64,000 bases of DNA. Source: Bacteroidales bacterium. Its GTDB lineage: Bacteria; Bacteroidota; Bacteroidia; Bacteroidales; G3-4614. The stretch is from contig JAVVOY010000005.1 in the NCBI GenBank assembly GCA_036656055.1, positions 6,610 through 70,609 of the forward strand, in the 5' to 3' direction. Below are positions 61,223 through 64,000 of the stretch, one piece after another. The translations under genes were made by a program, and so were the position numbers. Within the stretch, counting starts at the first letter, position 1. Every line of letters begins with the position of its first letter. The notes below the pieces were generated by a model, which worked only from the letters and a program-made list of their open reading frames with translations, was not told the origin of the DNA and did not search any database.

Positions 61223-63346
61223 TTACAACAAATCTACTCTTCCTTTGACCTCGGCAAGTACGTTTTTAGCTATTGACGAACTCACCTCTGAATAGTGTGA
61301 GAAAGTCATTGTCGAAGTTGCACGCCCAGAAGTTATGGTACGCAACGAGGTCACGTATCCAAACATCTCCGAAAGCGGAGCCTTAGCCTTAACAATACGT
61401 GCACCACTACGGCTCGATTCCATCCCCTCAACCTGTCCACGACGTTTGTTAAGGTCTGATATGACATCACCCATACTCTCATCAGGAGTAACAACTTCTA
61501 TCTTCATGATAGGCTCCAGAAGGACAGGTCTCGCCTTTTCACTCGCCTTTTTGAAAGCTTGTATAGCACAAATTTCAAAAGACAACTGGTCAGAGTCAAC
61601 GGGATGAAAAGAACCATCCAATACTGTTACCTTCAGTTGATCTAAAGGATAGCCGGCAAGTACACCATTCTTCATCGCAGTGGTAAAACCTTTCTGTATA
61701 GAAGGGATATACTCCTTAGGAATATTTCCACCCTTAACCTCGTCAACAAACTGTAAACCACCTTCAAAGTCCGGATCTGCAGGCTCAACACGAACTATCA
61801 TATCAGCAAACTTACCTCGTCCACCGCTCTGTTTCTTATAAACTTCACGAAGTTCAACGGATTGAGTGATAGCCTCCTTGTAAGATACTTGCGGGCGACC
61901 CTGATTACATTCCACATTAAATTCACGACGCAGACGTTCAATAATAATTTCAAGGTGAAGTTCACCCATTCCACTAATAATAGTCTGTCCTGTCTCCTCA
62001 TCCGATTTAACAGTAAACGTAGGATCCTCCTCGGCAAGTTTCTGCAAACCGATTCCTAATTTATCAAGATCCTTTTGTGTTTTAGGCTCAACTGCAACAC
62101 CAATAACTGGTGCCGGGAAATCCATAGCCTCAAGAACAATAGGAGCATTTTCGGCACAGATTGTATCTCCCGTGTGAACATCTTTAAGTCCTACGGCAGC
62201 ACCTATATCTCCACAAGTAATAGCATCCTTTGGATTCTGCTTGTTAGAGTGCATTTGAAAAAGGCGTGAAATACGCTCTTTCTTTCCCGATCGTGTGTTC
62301 AGTACATAAGAACCGGCTAAAAGGTCTCCAGAATATACACGAAAGAAACAAAGACGACCAACATAAGGGTCAACTGCAATTTTAAATACAAGAGCTGATA
62401 ATGGAGCACTGGAAGAAGCCTCACGCGATAGCTCTACCTCCTTGTCATCAACCTCATGCCCGGTGATAGCCGGGGTGTCAGCAGGACTGGGTAAGTATAA
62501 ACAAACAGCATCAAGAAGCGTTTGTACCCCTTTATTCTTAAAAGACGAGCCACAAGTCATAGGAACCATCCCCATAGCGAGTGTTCCCTTACGTATAGCT
62601 CTTTTTATTTCTTCTTCTGTTATAGTAGATGGATCGTCAAAAAACTTCTGCATAAGTTCATCGTCAAACTCAGCGATAGTCTCCAACATCTTGTCATGCC
62701 ACTCCTTAGCCTCATCCATAAGAGATGCCGGAATATCTTCTATCTCATAGTTGGCACCCATAGTCTCATCATGCCAGTAGATAGCCTTCATTGTAACAAG
62801 GTCTACAACACCTTTGAAATTCTCCTCGGCACCAATAGGTATCTGTATAGGACAAGGGTTTGCATTCAACACGGCTTTCATCTGGCGTACAACCTCAAAG
62901 AAGTTGGCCCCCGAACGGTCCATTTTGTTTACATAGCCAACGCGAGGAACATTATATTTGTCTGCCTGGCGCCATACAGTCTCCGACTGCGGTTCAACAC
63001 CTCCAACTGCACAAAATGCAGCCACGGCACCATCCAATATACGCAGCGAGCGTTCAACCTCAGCAGTAAAATCAACGTGCCCCGGAGTATCTATAAGATT
63101 TATTTTAAACTTCTGATTATTATTAGTCCACCACGTAGTAGTTGCAGCAGAGGTAATTGTTATACCACGCTCCTGCTCTTGCTCCATCCAGTCCATAGTA
63201 GCGGCGCCATCATGCACTTCACCTATTTTGTGGGTCAATCCGGTATAGAAAAGAATACGCTCCGACGTGGTAGTCTTACCAGCGTCAATGTGCGCCATAA
63301 TACCTATGTTTCTGGTATATTTTAGTAATTCGTCTCCTTTTGCCAT
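61223..63346 (-). CDS. fusA: Elongation factor G
   Basis: [26 protein letters not shown] and GMGELHLE motifs. Confidence 0.98.
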   Translation of the reverse strand: MAKGDELLKYTRNIGIMAHIDAGKTTTSERILFYTGLTHKIGEVHDGAATMDWMEQEQERGITITSAATTTWWTNNNQKFKINLIDTPGHVDFTAEVERSLRILDGAVAAFCAVGGVEPQSETVWRQADKYNVPRVGYVNKMDRSGANFFEVVRQMKAVLNANPCPIQIPIGAEENFKGVVDLVTMKAIYWHDETMGANYEIEDIPASLMDEAKEWHDKMLETIAEFDDELMQKFFDDPSTITEEEIKRAIRKGTLAMGMVPMTCGSSFKNKGVQTLLDAVCLYLPSPADTPAITGHEVDDKEVELSREASSSAPLSALVFKIAVDPYVGRLCFFRVYSGDLLAGSYVLNTRSGKKERISRLFQMHSNKQNPKDAITCGDIGAAVGLKDVHTGDTICAENAPIVLEAMDFPAPVIGVAVEPKTQKDLDKLGIGLQKLAEEDPTFTVKSDEETGQTIISGMGELHLEIIIERLRREFNVECNQGRPQVSYKEAITQSVELREVYKKQSGGRGKFADMIVRVEPADPDFEGGLQFVDEVKGGNIPKEYIPSIQKGFTTAMKNGVLAGYPLDQLKVTVLDGSFHPVDSDQLSFEICAIQAFKKASEKARPVLLEPIMKIEVVTPDESMGDVISDLNKRRGQVEGMESSRSGARIVKAKAPLSEMFGYVTSLRTITSGRATSTMTFSHYSEVSSSIAKNVLAEVKGRVDLL

Positions 63347-63353
63347 CTTTCAA

Positions 63354-63827
63354 TTAAAATCTAAAGTGTGCAAATGCGCGGTTAGCCTCGGCCATTTTAT
63401 GCATGTCCTCCTTACGTTTGAACGCACCGCCTTGGTTGTTATAGGCATCCATTATCTCAGCAGCCAATTTGTCTGCCATGGTTTTACCTCCTCTTTTGCG
63501 AGCATATAATATTAAATTTTTCATTGAGATAGACTCTTTACGATCTGGGCGGATTTCCGTAGGAACTTGGAATGTTGCTCCACCCACACGACGCGATTTC
63601 ACCTCTACCTGAGGTGTGATATTCTCCAATGCTTTCTTCCAAACCTCAATTATCGGTTCTTCGGTTGACAATTTTGCTTTTACTGAATCCAAAGCCGTAT
63701 AAAATATGGTATAAGCGGTATTCTTTTTACCGTCATACATCAAATGGTTTACAAACTTAGAAACCTTTACATCACTGAAGATAGGGTCAGGTAGTACGAC
63801 CCTTTTCTTTGGTTTTGCTTTTCTCAT
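63354..63827 (-). CDS. rpsG: 30S ribosomal protein S7
   Basis: [11 protein letters not shown] and [13 protein letters not shown] motifs. Confidence 0.98.
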   Translation of the reverse strand: MRKAKPKKRVVLPDPIFSDVKVSKFVNHLMYDGKKNTAYTIFYTALDSVKAKLSTEEPIIEVWKKALENITPQVEVKSRRVGGATFQVPTEIRPDRKESISMKNLILYARKRGGKTMADKLAAEIMDAYNNQGGAFKRKEDMHKMAEANRAFAHFRF

Positions 63828-63991
63828 TTTTTTAAATTTTTAGTTCTCGTTCTTGGTTGCTTTTCACATCTTCAACAGTATCCTCCGACACCATTTACTC
63901 AACCTAATCAGCCTATCCAAAAAACTAGAAAATAGTTTTACAACTAATTTTAATTTCTCTCGGCATTGTCTTATTATTCACCAGGCGACAA

Positions 63992-64000
63992 TTACTTTTT
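63992..64000 (-). CDS. rpsL: Probable last codons of ribosomal protein S12, cut by the window edge
   Basis: AAA AAG TAA (KK*) at the edge; rpsL normally precedes rpsG. Only 9 nt are visible. Confidence 0.45.
   Translation of the reverse strand, partial: KK

Overview
Core-genome window of a Bacteroidales bacterium (TAnnTTTG -7 promoter boxes, Bacteroidales-type ribosomal proteins). I see no prophage, IS element, CRISPR array, rRNA or tRNA. In order it carries: surE, a lipoprotein, lpxB, a BtuFCD-like ABC transporter, a TIGR01212 radical SAM gene and aroC; DJ-1; yhhQ-queF; korAB; aroK; rnhA; six glycosyltransferases around msbA; parA-parB-DUF5683-mltD-purT; an MBOAT plus SGNH-like pair; Na/Pi cotransporter, nucleoside kinase, rpoN, purE, ispG, DUF1460, eno; a TetR-FabH-like unit; and the str/S10/spc/alpha ribosomal superoperon, including rpmJ and rpmD, which the ORF track misses. 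The best signals lie outside the ORF track: (1) the MBOAT gene is frameshifted at a G10 tract near its 5' end, a candidate phase-variable O-acylation switch or an assembly error; (2) a preQ1-I riboswitch ends 4 nt before the yhhQ ATG, with no Shine-Dalgarno or terminator; (3) two orphan promoter-driven structured RNAs at about 14.8 and 46.1 kb; (4) a DUF5652-like gene with an in-frame TGA; (5) an rpsD leader with a 9-nt complement to 16S rRNA 521-529; (6) a sigma-54-like promoter for korAB. All calls were made by eye, and family and synteny comparisons come from memory; no searches were run.
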